A program made the position numbers and the translations under genes. The notes under the pieces are model-generated. The model searched no databases. It was not told the origin of the DNA and saw only the letters and a program-made list of their open reading frames with translations. 64,000 bases of DNA from Octopus bimaculoides (taxonomy: Eukaryota). The stretch lies in NCBI RefSeq assembly GCF_001194135.2, contig NC_068992.1, forward strand, positions 269,357 through 333,356. The letters run 5' to 3'. Shown here piece by piece: positions 1 to 12,653 of this stretch (its first letter is position 1; the number at the start of each line of letters is the position of its first letter).

Positions 1-31
<31 letters not shown>

Positions 32-295
32 ATTTTTATATATAGAGATTTCAAACATAATACAACATCTATTTCTCTGTCCTTAAATATTTCAAAGTTT
101 GGCTATGCTAGCAGTATGGCGGTAGTGGGGGTGGCGAGATGGTAGCTTGGTGTTTTGGCAGTTCTGAGAGCATTGGTGTGGTGGAGTGAAGGAAAATTGT
201 TGAGGTGGGGATGGAAACTGTGTTGTGGATGGTGGCTAGGGTTATAGAGGTGGTATTGGAGCTGGTTCTAGTAGTATTGCTGTTGTTCTTCTTGG

Positions 296-325
296 CAATA
301 GTAGTAGTTGCAGCGGTAGTGTTGA

Positions 326-394
<69 letters not shown>

Positions 395-572
395 TAGTAG
401 TGGTAGTAGTAGTGGTGATAGTAGTAATAGCAGTAGTGGTAGTGGTGGTGATAGTAGTGGTAGTGGTGATAATAGTTGTGGCAGTAGTAGTGATGATAGT
501 AGTAGTAGTGGTGGTGGTGGTGGTGGTGGTGGTAGTAGTAGTAGTAGCAGCAGCAGCAGTAGTAGTTGTAGT
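296..572. repeat. (GTA)n/(GTG)n/(GCA)n trinucleotide microsatellite
   Basis: Seen directly; explains the poly-V and poly-L ORFs at 205-744. Confidence 0.95.
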
Positions 573-816
573 AGTAGTAGTTTCAATACAAGTATTGTTA
601 TTTTTGGTTTGTCATGTTTCAGGTTTAGTGTTGAGGTGGTTGCTGATGGAATTGTTGCAGCAGAACCTCTTGCTAGAAACACAGTTTTGCTGTGGCTGTG
701 TCATTGTTGTTGTTGTTGTTGTTGCTGTTGAGGTTTGCAAATAAAAACCATGATTATGTATATGTATGTATGTATGTATGCATATACGTATGCATTTATG
801 TGTGCATTATGCATGG

Positions 817-863
<47 letters not shown>

Positions 864-2628
864 CATGTATATGTGTGTGTATGCATATATGTATGTGATT
901 TTGTGAATGTATATGTGTATATATGTATATATAATGTATCTGTGCGTGTGTGCTGTATGTATGTGTATATACATGTATGCATGTGTATCTCTGTGCATAT
1001 GCATGCACACATGCATGTATACATGCACGAATATATAAAAAAAATGGGTCTTTTTATTTGTCTGGTGTGTGTCCATTTCCATATTAAATGGATTGCAATT
1101 TTCTTCTAGTGCCAACAACAACAACAACAACAGCAAAAATTAAAAAAAAATCAATACAACAATGACAGAAACAGACAGAAAGACAGATCTATAGAAGGAA
1201 CAACAAAAACAACAGCAACAAAAGCTGTTGGTGAGCCATTGCCATGAACAATAACATTAAAAAAAAGCAGTGACAACAGCAGCAACAACATCAACATATT
1301 GACTGAATGAAAGCAGAATTTCTAAAACTAGGATATTATTTCACTAGAATATTCTTTTCTTAGAATGCAGGACCCCTGCTGGGTATTGTTTCTTTAGAAA
1401 TAATGACTTCAAGAAATGGCTACTTTGACATTTTATTTCTGGCAAAGATATATTTACACACACACACACACACACACACAAAGGCACATACACAGATATG
1501 TATGTATACATACATTTACATGTATATATGTATCTATGTAATATATATATATATATGCATATATATATGCATATATATATGTATATATGTGAAGGGTGAG
1601 TGGGTGGGGGTGTATTCATTTACATGTACACACACATATATGTATATTTGTGACTGTATAAATACATAGGCGTGTGAGTGTGTTTGCATGAATGTGTGCA
1701 CGTGCATATATGCCTGTGTACATGTGCATGATAGAGTAACCATTCTTTCTCTAAGTATATTTCGTTAGCACCAGATGAGCATACAGTCCATTAACCTGTG
1801 CAATTTTCAGCTGTTGATATTTTCTAACAGCACATCAGGTTGGTGTGGATAATGAATTCATCAAACTTTCACCCTGTTAAGTGAATAGAAAGAGTCTGAC
1901 TATGATTTTAACTATGCCCCTTGCTGTCTTCAGTAGAGTGAAAGATGAATTAATTTGCTGGAACAGTACTATTATATGTTGGATGACCTTTGTAAGGAAT
2001 AAACTGCAAAGGGTTTGAAGGTAAACTTCGGGAAGACAAAGGTGATGTTGAGTTGGGTGGAAGAAGAAGTGTTAGTGAGTAAGGTGGATCCATGTGGTGT
2101 ATGTGGGAGGAGGGTAATGGCAAATGTGGTGTTGTGTACGAGATGTGAGAAATGAGTCAATCTCAGCAGAATTTGAACTCAGAACATAAAGAACCAAAAG
2201 AAACACCATGGAACATTTTGTCCAGTCTGCTAATGGTTCTGCCAGCTTGCCACCATTTTGCCCTCCATAATCATATCTGGTCTTCTTGCTTCCATAGTAT
2301 GGTCAGTCTCTGTGAGAAAATCCCATAAATTCTTGTAATTATTATTCCCTGTCACTTGTGTTCCTACCTATTAATTATTATTCTCTGTTGCAGCAGAGAA
2401 CATTTGCAGACTCTGGCTCTCTTATTATTGTCATTGTTGTTGTTGTTATGATTATGATTGTTATTATTTTTATCAATAATAATAATGATAACAATAACGG
2501 TTTCAAATTTTGGCTCAAGGCCAGCAACTTTAGAGGAGGGGGGTTAAGTAAATGACATCGACCCCAGTGATCAACTGGTGCTTATTTTATCAGCCACTTG
2601 AGGATGAAAGGCAAAGTCGATGTCAACG

Positions 2629-2672
<44 letters not shown>

Positions 2673-3559
2673 GTAATGATGATGATGATGATGTTTTCTA
2701 ATGAAGGCACAAGGCCAACAATTTCGATGAGAGGAGTTAAGTTGACACCATCAACCCCTTTGCTTGACTGCTTCCTCAGAATGTAAAAAAGCTCAAAGAA
2801 ACACAGCAAATCATTTTCCCAATGTTCTAGCAATTCTACCAAATAATACTTGTCTTCATCTTCTTCTTCTCCCCTCCCCTCCCCTCCTGCCTTCTCTCCC
2901 CCTTCTACTTCTCCTCTCTTTCTCTCTTCCTCTCTCCCTTTTTTCTACCACCATCAATTCAATCATTGACTCTGTTTCATGTTAAATATATCATCTATGT
3001 ACTTTAGAAAATTAACATTATCTCCCCCCACACACACACACGCACATGGCACCACCATCCCTTCATCCAACCGACTTTCATTTCATTATCTCATTCACAA
3101 AATTCCCTTAATCCCAACTTCTCAGTCTTTCATCCCACTTGCAATAGCCCGTGTCTTTTGTGCCCTAATACAAAATTAAACCTATGACTTGAAATTAATT
3201 CACATATACACACTTAGAAGCAAACACACGTATACGTACACACAGAAGTAAGGACATATGAAAGTACACTCTCTCATGCACAGATAAATGATTCTAATCC
3301 TTGTCTGTTGATGAGGAATCAATAATTCTATTAATTTGATTTCCATATTTCATAGAAATAAATTATGACATTGACAATGGTCAGTGGGGAAAAGCAGCCT
3401 CAGCAGAATGAAATGAAATTATGAAGTCAAATCAAATATTACAGAGGAAATTCTATACATACAAACACAAACACACACACACACACACAAATATATGTGT
3501 GTGTGTGTCAATGTTTTAAGGATTAGACAGAGGTCCAGTAGAATAGCTCTCAGAAACAG

Positions 3560-4030
3560 ATTATGTACAAATTCATTCTTCACAACTCCTAAAGCTGTTT
3601 TCAGATATGATCCATCCCATTCTTATAAAAATGATAACTCTGTCCAAATTTGTGTGTTAAACACAAATTATCTTTTCTGTACAGCTTTAAAATTTTCAAA
3701 TGGAACAAATGGTGTGTGCTGCTCAGGTGGTCAGGTAACATTGCCAGCACTACCAGCTCCTTCTCAACCTCTTATGGATCTTCTAGAAGGCACTTCCATC
3801 CAGTCAAAGGATTTTCGGAACAATATCAGACAATACAACTCTGCATTTCAAATGACATCGTTTGGTGCATCTAAGAAGATAGATAAACATGAATTTACGC
3901 TGATGTCAAAGTTCAAGGGCAAGTCTATCACCTCATTGGTTCCCTGTTACCCGCAATTGAACAACCACAGTTCCTCTAAATTTACTTTATGAGTGATGTA
4001 GGACAACAAACCCGACGGAAGTGTCAAAAT
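3560..4030 (+). mobile_element. Helitron RepHel N-terminal fragment (frameshifted)
   Basis: Translates to CTALKF...GVCCSGGQVTLPALP...FRNNIRQYNSAFQMTSFGA, then after a shift KVQGQVYHLIGSLLP...PQFL*IYFMSD. These are typical Helitron Rep N-terminal motifs (CC..G.V.LP; IR.YNSAF.MTSFG; QGQVYH.IGSLLP). Confidence 0.9.
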
Positions 4031-4059
4031 TTCAGATGACGGGTCGTGTTAGACACAGC

Positions 4060-4480
4060 GTCGAATGTAGAAGATCTGTGAAAACTAGAGAAGAATGAAG
4101 CTAGTATGATTCATTGGATGTGCAATGTCAGTGTGCATGTACGACAAAGTGTTAAAAGTGCTGATGGGAAAAATTAGCCATAAGAAGAATCAGCTGTAAT
4201 GTGCAAGAGTGACAACACTGCTTTGGTCATGTGATGCATATGGATGAGAATAGTTGTATAAAAAAGTGCCAATTGCTTAAAATGCACAGAACTTGTGGAA
4301 CAGGGAGATCCAGGAAAATCCAGGAAGATCCAGGATGAAGCTTTGAAGGCTTAAAATGTTGAGTTTTGAAGGCTTGAAATGTTGAGCCTTATAGAAGAGA
4401 TGAGAGAGGACTGATATATATTTGGTGATTTACTATGCTTGAGAAGGCCAATCCATCAAAGCAAACATGATATCCTAAAG
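4060..4480 (+). mobile_element. RTE-clade LINE 3' end (decayed)
   Basis: LE.NEASMIHWMCNVSVHVRQSV...FGHVMHMDENSCIKKC...CGTGRSRK matches the RTE C-terminal RLRW.GHV.RM...GRPRKTW pattern. Confidence 0.85.
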
Positions 4481-4844
4481 CCACTCAGTTATGTTTATAG
4501 ATGCATGGCCCTGTCTCACTCCCCTCTCTCTCTCTCTCTTTCTCTCTTTCTCCTTCTGTACAATCAAACATTTCCCCCAGTTCTCATCCCCTAACACTTA
4601 TCATTCTTCTATCAATGGTAGTATGTGGCTGCTGTTATTGCCTGAGAGCAAAATCAGCCCCATATTGCACCCACTCCTTTCTGATGCCTACCTCCCTCCC
4701 TCCCTCCTACACCTAAAACTACTTCCATTCCACATTATTATTCCTGGCCACACTATTTCTTCCTTGCAGCTCACTGGATCCTATCAAACCATCCAGCCGA
4801 TGCCAGCATCATGGAAAACAGATGTTTGAGGATGTTGAAGATGA

Positions 4845-4983
4845 TATATGTGTGCATGTGTGCATGTGTGCATGTGTGTGTGTGTGTGTGCATGTGTGTG
4901 TGAGTGCATGTGTGCATGTGTGTGTGTATGCTTGTGTGCATGCGCATGCATATATATATACATATATGTATATATATATATAT

Positions 4984-5034
<51 letters not shown>

Positions 5035-5211
5035 TATATATATTATATATTAAATATATATATTATGTATATATATATTATATATACTACATATATATAT
5101 ATTATATATTATATATTATATATTATATACATATATGCATACATATACTCACACACACACACATATATATATGTTTATATATATATACACACACACACAT
5201 ACAAATATGTA

Positions 5212-5253
<42 letters not shown>

Positions 5254-5410
5254 GACATATATGTAGCCATATACGCACATATATATACACAGAGAGAGCG
5301 AGAGAGAGAGATGATAGAGAGGGAGACAGACAGACAGACAGACAGACAGGCAGACAGACAGACAGATAAATAGATACGCATGCGCACACACACACACACA
5401 CACACACACG
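4845..5410. repeat. Compound (TG)/(TA)/(CA)/(GACA) microsatellite block
   Basis: Seen directly. Confidence 0.95.
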
Positions 5411-5804
5411 CTCATGCAGTATTGCATCTAGCTCTCTATATAAGATCTTTTCAAAGGTCATGTATAATTTTCAGATGAAAATGACCACAGGGAATTACAC
5501 TTGTAATGCGATATATTTAAACACCAAATAATTGTCCATTTGGGGAATGTATCCGATGATTATCATTTATAATATATGGAGTGAAACAGAACATTATTAA
5601 CTGTCATTAAATAAACACAACTAAGTACTTTTGTGGATTTTGTTTTTCTCTGGTTTCATACTTGCTTTCCTTTACGTCCATATTTTCTGCTGTGTCTGTG
5701 TTACACTTACACTGTTATTAGATTATTCCAGCCATTTGTATATTGTTTTATATTGAACTTCATGAACAAATGTAGTCGATCCTTATTGCAGTTTATAGTC
5801 AGAG

Positions 5805-5955
5805 AAATGGCTGTGGTTAAGGTGTTTGCTTCCCAGGCACATGGTTTGAGGTTCAATCCCACTGTGTGGCACCTTGGGCAAGGGGCAAATGCTTTCTGCA
5901 ATATTGCTCTAGGGCAGCCAAAGCCCTGTGAGTGGATTTGGTAGAAAGAAGAAGT
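5805..5955 (+). mobile_element. tRNA-headed SINE family C, 5' part
   Basis: A-box-like TGGTTAAGG, B-box-like GGTTCAATCC and core GCACCTTGGGCAAG...GTGAGTGGATTTGGTAG. The same module recurs at 7015, 12530, 12655, 53530 and 60960. Confidence 0.8.
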
Positions 5956-7014
5956 CTGGCAAAAAGAAGAAGTCTGGTCTTTATATTACCTCAATGTATG
6001 CAGATGTGTGTATGTGAGGGAGAGACAGAGAGAGAGAGCTTTAGTTTTATGGCATAAATCAGATGAGAGTTAGTTCAAGTTACATTCCAAGAAAATCATT
6101 TTAACTTTCCCAACACATAAGTGAACTAAAATTATAGAATTAATTGTACTTCTTTTTTTTTTTTTATTGCTTTGGTCTTGATGAAGGGGCTGTGTTCATT
6201 AACCATTGCAGGCCCATGAAAACTGACGAGAACAATCCATTAACTAAATACTCCATAAACATATTGTAGTAGTTTTGAACTGAAAAACCTTTTTGATAAT
6301 AATCAAGGATCTCCTTAGTCTCACACAACATTAAGAGATTTGCCATTTGGTCTCTTTTACTGTCAATAAGGAGATGAATTGAACACAAAATTTATAAGCT
6401 GGAAATCCACACACACCTTATCCACACAGCAATTTTGCTTTTACTTTCAGACAAATGATATTACAGACAATATTCTCATTCATTAAAATTATTCATAAAT
6501 GATAACCACTCTTCACATTTTTTAAAAATACATTCATATTTATTTTTCTCTTTGCTTTTAATCTTACTCACTGAAATGGATGTCGTCTTTTGTTCATTCA
6601 CTCATAGCAAAATAGATATGTTCTTTGTTTGGCAACTTCTTGAGTCTGCTATTCTGGATTTAAATGACAAAAGCAAAATTGTCCTACAGATATTGTTCTT
6701 AATGTTCACAGAGAAATGTCTTCCTCTTCCTTTGTTAATAGTTAGTATTTTTCTAAGTAGGAGGATCCTCCTAGAGTTGCCATTTGTTTAAACAGTTTGT
6801 ATCTATTTTATTTATTTAACTTATTTTGTTTTTTTAATGGTAAAAATTTCTTTCTTGCTGGCTTCCTTTTATGAAACTAACATCAGTCATCAATTTATAT
6901 TGTTGCTTATTGGGATCAATTTGTACTTTACTTTCTATTTCCTCATCATTGAAAAGCTTTAAAATACCAAACCACACAAATACTCTTACGTACTCCCACA
7001 CATATGTCCATATC

Positions 7015-7200
7015 AGTATAGGCGCAGGCATGGCTGTGTAATAAGAAGCTTGCTTCCCAACCACATGGGTGCAGGTTCAGTCCCACCACTTGGCACATTG
7101 GATAAGTGTCTTTTACTATGGATCCCAGACCAACCAATGCCTTGTGGGTGGATCTGGTAGATGGAAACTGAAAGAATCCCATCACACACACACACACACA
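7015..7200 (+). mobile_element. SINE family C, 5' part
   Basis: GCTTGCTTCCCAACCACATGG..GGTTCAGTCCCAC..GGTAGATGGAAACTGAAAGAA followed by (CA)n. Confidence 0.85.
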
Positions 7201-7209
7201 CACAAATTC

Positions 7210-7420
7210 TGAGCTGGCAGAATTGTTAGCATGCTGGGCAAAATGCTTAGCAGTATTTCGTCTGTCTTTACGTTTTGAGTTCAAATTCTGCTGAGGTCAA
7301 CTTTGCCTTTCAGCCTTTCAGGGTTGATAAATTATGTACCAATGAAATACTGGGGTTGATGTAATCGACTCATCCCTTCCCCCAAAATGCCTTGTGGCAA
7401 AATTTGAAACTATTATTATT
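7210..7420 (+). mobile_element. SINE family A
   Basis: GAGCTGGCAGAATTGTTAGC...GAGTTCAAATTC (B-box)...GCCTTGTGGCAAAATTTGAAAC plus (TAT)n tail; about 15 related copies in the window. Confidence 0.9.
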
Positions 7421-7621
7421 ATATATTTTTTCTTCTTCCTTCAATTTTGCTTCCATTTCGTCTCGGGCATAGAAACTCTCTACATACATTGATAGGCCAG
7501 CCACTAAGTTTGTTGTAAACTCCAAGCAGTAAGTCTCTCTTAGTTTGTAATTATTGTTTGTAACTATTGTTTGTTATGATTTGTAAAAGACCAACACAGT
7601 TAAAACTTTATGTGCAATAAT

Positions 7622-7972
7622 AAAAGGAGCACTCCATCGGTTACAGCGACGCAGGTCCCAGCAGATATGACCAATGGAACAGCTTCCTTGTGAAATTAAC
7701 GTGCAAGTGACTGAGCAGCCCACAGACACGTGTACCCTTAATGTAGTTCTCATGTACCCTTAATGTAGTTCTCAGGGAGATTCAGCATGACAGTGAGTAT
7801 GACAAGGCTGGCCCTTTGAAACACAGGTACAACTCATTTTTGTCAGCTGAGTGGATTGGAGTAACATGAAATAAAGTGTCTTGCTCAAGGACACAACATG
7901 TCGTTGGGACACGAGCTCACAACCTTACAATCGTGAGTCAAATGCCCTAACCTCTAAGCCACATGCCTTCAC
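7622..7972 (-). mobile_element. SINE family E
   Basis: Reverse-complement match to 58578-58915 and same-orientation match to 49150-49445; tRNA-like head at the right end. Confidence 0.85.
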
Positions 7973-8565
7973 AGTGCAATAGTAATGTCTGTTAAATGTT
8001 TGCAGGTGTTGTTTGGTTACTTCTTCACACAGCCTAAGACATTCATTTTCATTCATCAACTCAACTAGTCATCACCTCAGACCCAGCCAACAAAACCCCC
8101 TTGCAACACTATCATGTGTGGTACCTTTTACAAGGAACTGATGATGTTGTTGAATACACAATGCCACAGCCTGCTGCCAGAGTGGCACCAACTACCTTCC
8201 AATCCTGTCCAAACTCATGGACTTAAAAATAAAGAAAATAATTGGTGCAGCATTCATATATTGCATAAATAGAACAGAACTGACTAGAGGCTGGTGATTC
8301 TCCTGGTAACAACAACATTGATAACTAAATAAATAAAATAAAACTCCTATGCAATTTGTTTTATATTCAATATAAGCAGCCATTTGTGTTGCCAAGAATT
8401 CTCTCACTCAATACTGAGAATATTATTAAACATAATATATAAATATCTTAATGACATTGCTTGTGCTAATGTTTGTTTGTTTTTCTTTTCTTTGTTTTTA
8501 TCTCCCTACATATTAAGATATCACTAACACCTACACAGAACATAATGGATTGGAAGAATATATAT

Positions 8566-8647
<82 letters not shown>

Positions 8648-9162
8648 GTATGTATGTATGTATAAACTGCAGATATTATGACATGGATTTTTCTTTCTCC
8701 ATGAGAAATGACTAGAATGTATTTCCTGGTGAATCCTAAGTCATGTGATCCATCCATCTATTTATATACATCCAAAAAGACACTTATTCCCTTAAATCAG
8801 AAGCCAGTTATATGAATCGTGATAATTTGATGTGTTTCTAACTTTATGTATTTTCAGAACCGCAGTCAAATTCATTCTTTTTTTCTTGAGAACGGAGTGG
8901 TAATAGTAGTAATAATGGTCGTATTGTTGTCAAGGCAATTGATGATGGTTTGACTATAATGCCTTGCTGTATTTAGCTACACCTCTTTATATTCTGATGC
9001 TAAATCTCACCAAGGCCAGCTTTGATTTTTCATCTTTTTGTGGTCAATAAAATAAAGAACCAGTCAAGTACTGGTGTTGAAGATATCAGCTTAAGCCCTT
9101 CCCCTCAAATTGCTGGCCTTGTGCCTTAATCAGAAACAATTATCATCATTTTTACTGATGTT

Positions 9163-9258
<96 letters not shown>

Positions 9259-9289
9259 ATGCACAGACATACAAACATATATAACATAT

Positions 9290-9612
9290 TATTTACATTA
9301 TTTACATTGGACGGATGTGTCCTCATCTTGTCTGTTGCTACCACAACGTTTCGGCTGATTTACTCTCCATCTTTCATCAAGTGTCCTGGTAGAATTTTGA
9401 ACTCAGCCCTAAGTTCTCATTCCTAAGGTATTTTTTTTGTTGCTGATGTTATTATCATCATCATCATCATCATTATCATTATTATTTNNNNNNNNNNNNN
9501 NNNNNNNNNNNNNNNNNNNNNNNNNNNNNNNNNNNNNNNNNNNNNNNNNNNNNNNNNNNNNNNNNNNNNNNNNNNNNNNNNNNNNNNNAGCCTGTGCTCT
9601 TAACCATTATGC
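9290..9612 (-). mobile_element. Repeat family D copy 1 (tRNA-like head, (AAT)n spacer, hammerhead-like tail); interrupted by N-gap 9488-9588
   Basis: Reverse complement reads CCTTAGGAATGAGAAC...GACACTTGATGAAAGATGGAGAGTAAATCAGCCGAAACGTTGTGG; head GCATAATGGTTAAGAGCACAGGCT at 9589-9612. Confidence 0.8.
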
Positions 9613-9621
9613 TGTATGCTC

Positions 9622-9681
9622 GTGGGCTACTAACCCCAAGATTGCGAGTTCAATTCCAGGCAGTGCCTTGAATAAATAATA

Positions 9682-9732
<51 letters not shown>

Positions 9733-9895
9733 TCAGCAAAAAAAAATACTTTAGGAATGAGAATCCAGGGTTGGGTTTAAAATTCTACCAGGACACCTGA
9801 TGGAGGCTGGAGAGTAAATCAGCTGAAATGTTGTGGTAGCAACAAACAAGATGAGGACACATATCCATCCAATGTAAATAATGTACAGAATTCCT
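9622..9895 (+). mobile_element. Repeat family D copy 2
   Basis: GGGCTACTAACCCCAAGATTGCGAGTTCAATTCC (B-box), (AAT)n, then GACACCTGATGGAGGCTGGAGAGTAAATCAGCTGAAATGTTGTGG. Confidence 0.85.
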
Positions 9896-10227
9896 CATTT
9901 CTGAAAAAAAAATATAGAACAGTTTGTAGAACACAATCCTGTTTTTCCAAAACTCTAATTTAGTTGTTAAATAAAAAATATTCAAAGATAATAACTCAAG
10001 AAGCTGGTGTGGCTAATTTTATCTTCGTTAATGAATTATCAATTTTCTTTTTATCACTCGGTATAAATCCTCATTTCCTAATTTAGTACATTGATGATGC
10101 TGTTGTTGTTGTTTTTTTTTTGTTTTTATTCTCTCACCTGCACATCCAGCCCCACCCAAGATGCTACAGCAAACAAACAACAACTCACATATGCCAAGCT
10201 TCTGGGCAAAGGATGGGGGTCACACCA

Positions 10228-10496
10228 ACGACTACTACTACTACCACCACTACTACTATCACAACCACTGCTGCTGCTACTACTACTGCTACCACCAACA
10301 CTACCACAACCACTACTTCTACTATCACCACCGCTACTACTACTATTACTATTACTATTACCACCACCACCACCACCACCACTACTGCTGCTATCACCAT
10401 CACTACTACTGCTATCATCACCACTGCTGCTGCTGCTGCTACTACTACTACTACTACTACTACTATTACTACTACTACTACTACTACTACTACTAC
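10228..10496. repeat. (ACT)/(ACC)/(GCT)n trinucleotide array
   Basis: Seen directly. Confidence 0.95.
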
Positions 10497-11061
10497 GCAA
10501 TTGTTATTTGGAGCCAAGTTCATTATAGTCATTCATTCATTCATTCTTTCTTTCTTTCTTTCTAATCAAACTGTATTTTTCTTCAGGGAAATCAGTTCAG
10601 TATCTTTTCTGTTTTCTGCATCTTTTTTTTGTTTTATATTAGGAATGTTCTGGAAGTGAGCTTAGACTTAGACTAAGAACACTGCCATCTCAGAACACTA
10701 TATTCTATTTTGTTTTTATTACCTGACTAATTTTCTGCATAACTGCACAACCCACTCAGTGTAACAGTGAAATTACGAGCCCTCTACCAATTGCAGGAAT
10801 TTGGTAAAAATGGCAATTTAATGAAAAAGATATTGATTTTTAATACAAGCACAAAGGATCAAGACCATAAATTTGGTAGGAAAGGGGCGGATTTTAGCAG
10901 AACTTATTTTAATCAATTTATGAAGAATGAAAGGCAAAAAGTTGGTCCCAAGCGGGATATAAACACACAATCCAAAATAATGGAATTAAGTACCACAAGG
11001 TATTTTGTCTGATGCCCTGCTAATTCTTCTAAGTCACATTTCTTAAAATGAAATATAAAGT

Positions 11062-11248
11062 CATTATCACCACCACCATCAACATCATCATCATCGTCAT
11101 CATCATCATCATCATCAACACCATCAACATCATCATCATCATCATCGTCATCATCATCATCATCATCATCATCATAATCATCATCGTCGTCATCATCATC
11201 ATTGTCATCATCATTATTGTCGTTGTCGTCGGCATCACCATCATCATT
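11062..11248. repeat. (ATC)n array
   Basis: Seen directly. Confidence 0.95.
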
Positions 11249-11942
11249 ATTTTAATGTCAACTTTTCCATAGTTTTATAGGTCGGACAGAATTTGTTTAG
11301 GCAAATTTTCTACAGCCAGTTACCCTTCTTGTTACCAGCCCTCACCTGTTTCTCATCAAGGTAATGTTTCCCCAAGACCAGACATGTTTTCATGGAAGAC
11401 TGGGAACAAATGATGCCATTTCCAGATCCCTCTGGAAATTTCTCAAGCTCATTGCACCTCCCATGATTCTATAGTAGTGCCAAGAGCTGCGTATGGATGA
11501 ATGGGAAGGACTCTGACTGGTTCTCCATAAAGATTGTGGAAATCTATAGCATAGACTATACCAATAATTGGAAGGGTTAGATTTTCACTCACTGTACCTT
11601 GCTGATTTGGGGACATGACAATGTTTGTCCTTGTAGGTAATTTATTGAAAACCTTATAGAAATATAATTGTGTACTATTCCAGTTTAACTAATTATTAAA
11701 AGGGTGATAAGTACATACTTTAATTGCCATATTGTCTTTAACTCAATCATTAAATCACTGTTTTAGATTTAGATTTTAGCTGTCAGAAATTTTATCAAAT
11801 TTCTTTGGAGAATATTATTGCCATGGTGATAATCGATTTATAATCAATTTACCATGTTTAATATGATCACAGTCAACAAAGGTTTATTACAAACCCTCTC
11901 CTATACAGAAAAAAACAGTGAGCAACATTGGAAAGTGAATTC

Positions 11943-12171
11943 TTAACCCTTTCATTACCAACCTGGCTGAAACTGGCTCTGGCTCTGAGTACAAATGTCT
12001 TGTTTTTCATAAGTTTTGAATTAAAATCTTCCACCAAACCTTAGTCACAATTTATGTTCCTCATACAAGCTTAATAATAACTAAGTTATTTTACTAAATT
12101 CTCTGTTATATTTAAAGTAACTGAAAGAAACACAGAGCATCTCAACAGAAATATAGTAATGAAAGGGTTAA
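11943..12171. mobile_element. piggyBac-like MITE
   Basis: TTAA|CCCTTTCATTAC ... GTAATGAAAGGG|TTAA: terminal inverted repeats bounded by TTAA; further copies at 23754 and 30564. Confidence 0.85.
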
Positions 12172-12344
12172 ACAGCCCCATGGCACTCACTAGTTGCTTA
12201 CCCCCGTATATTCTTGGGATAGATGTCAGATTTATAGGGTGTCTGGGTTAAATTTGACAGTTTGCATAGAAGGAAAAGAAAACACAATATCTGATCCAAA
12301 AAGGAAATTATATTTAAAAAGATTTTAAAAATTATTGGCACGTA

Positions 12345-12512
12345 AAGCACCCATTACACTCTCGGAGTGGTTGGCATTAGGAAGGGCATCCAGCTGTAGA
12401 AACTTTGCCAGATCAGATTGAGTCTTGTGCAGCCTCTGGCTCACCAGTCCTCAGCCAAACCGTCCATCCCATGCCAGCATGGAAAGCGGACGTTAAACAA
12501 TGGTGATGATGA
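12345..12512 (+). mobile_element. SINE family B 3' part with RTE-like (GAT)n tail
   Basis: AAAGCACCC..ACACTCTCGGAGTGGTTGGCATTAGGAAGGGCATCCAGCTGTAG...CCATGCCAGCATGGAAAGCGGACGTTAAAC plus GAT repeats. The tail resembles the end of the RTE copy at ~45750-45800. Confidence 0.85.
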
Positions 12513-12592
12513 TATGTATATATATATACCATAGCTTCAGGCTGACCAATGCCTTGTGAGTGGATTGGGTAGACAGAAACTGAAAGAAGCCT

Positions 12593-12653
<61 letters not shown>

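Noticed and set aside
205-1136. Long poly-V/L/YI ORFs here and at 4822-5461, 10091-10659, 11029-11272, 13345-13656, 21401-21828 and 25204-25936
   Set aside because: Translations of microsatellites, which are stop-poor by composition.
8006-8226. Plus-strand exon after TTTGCAG
   Set aside because: Stops in all frames on careful translation.
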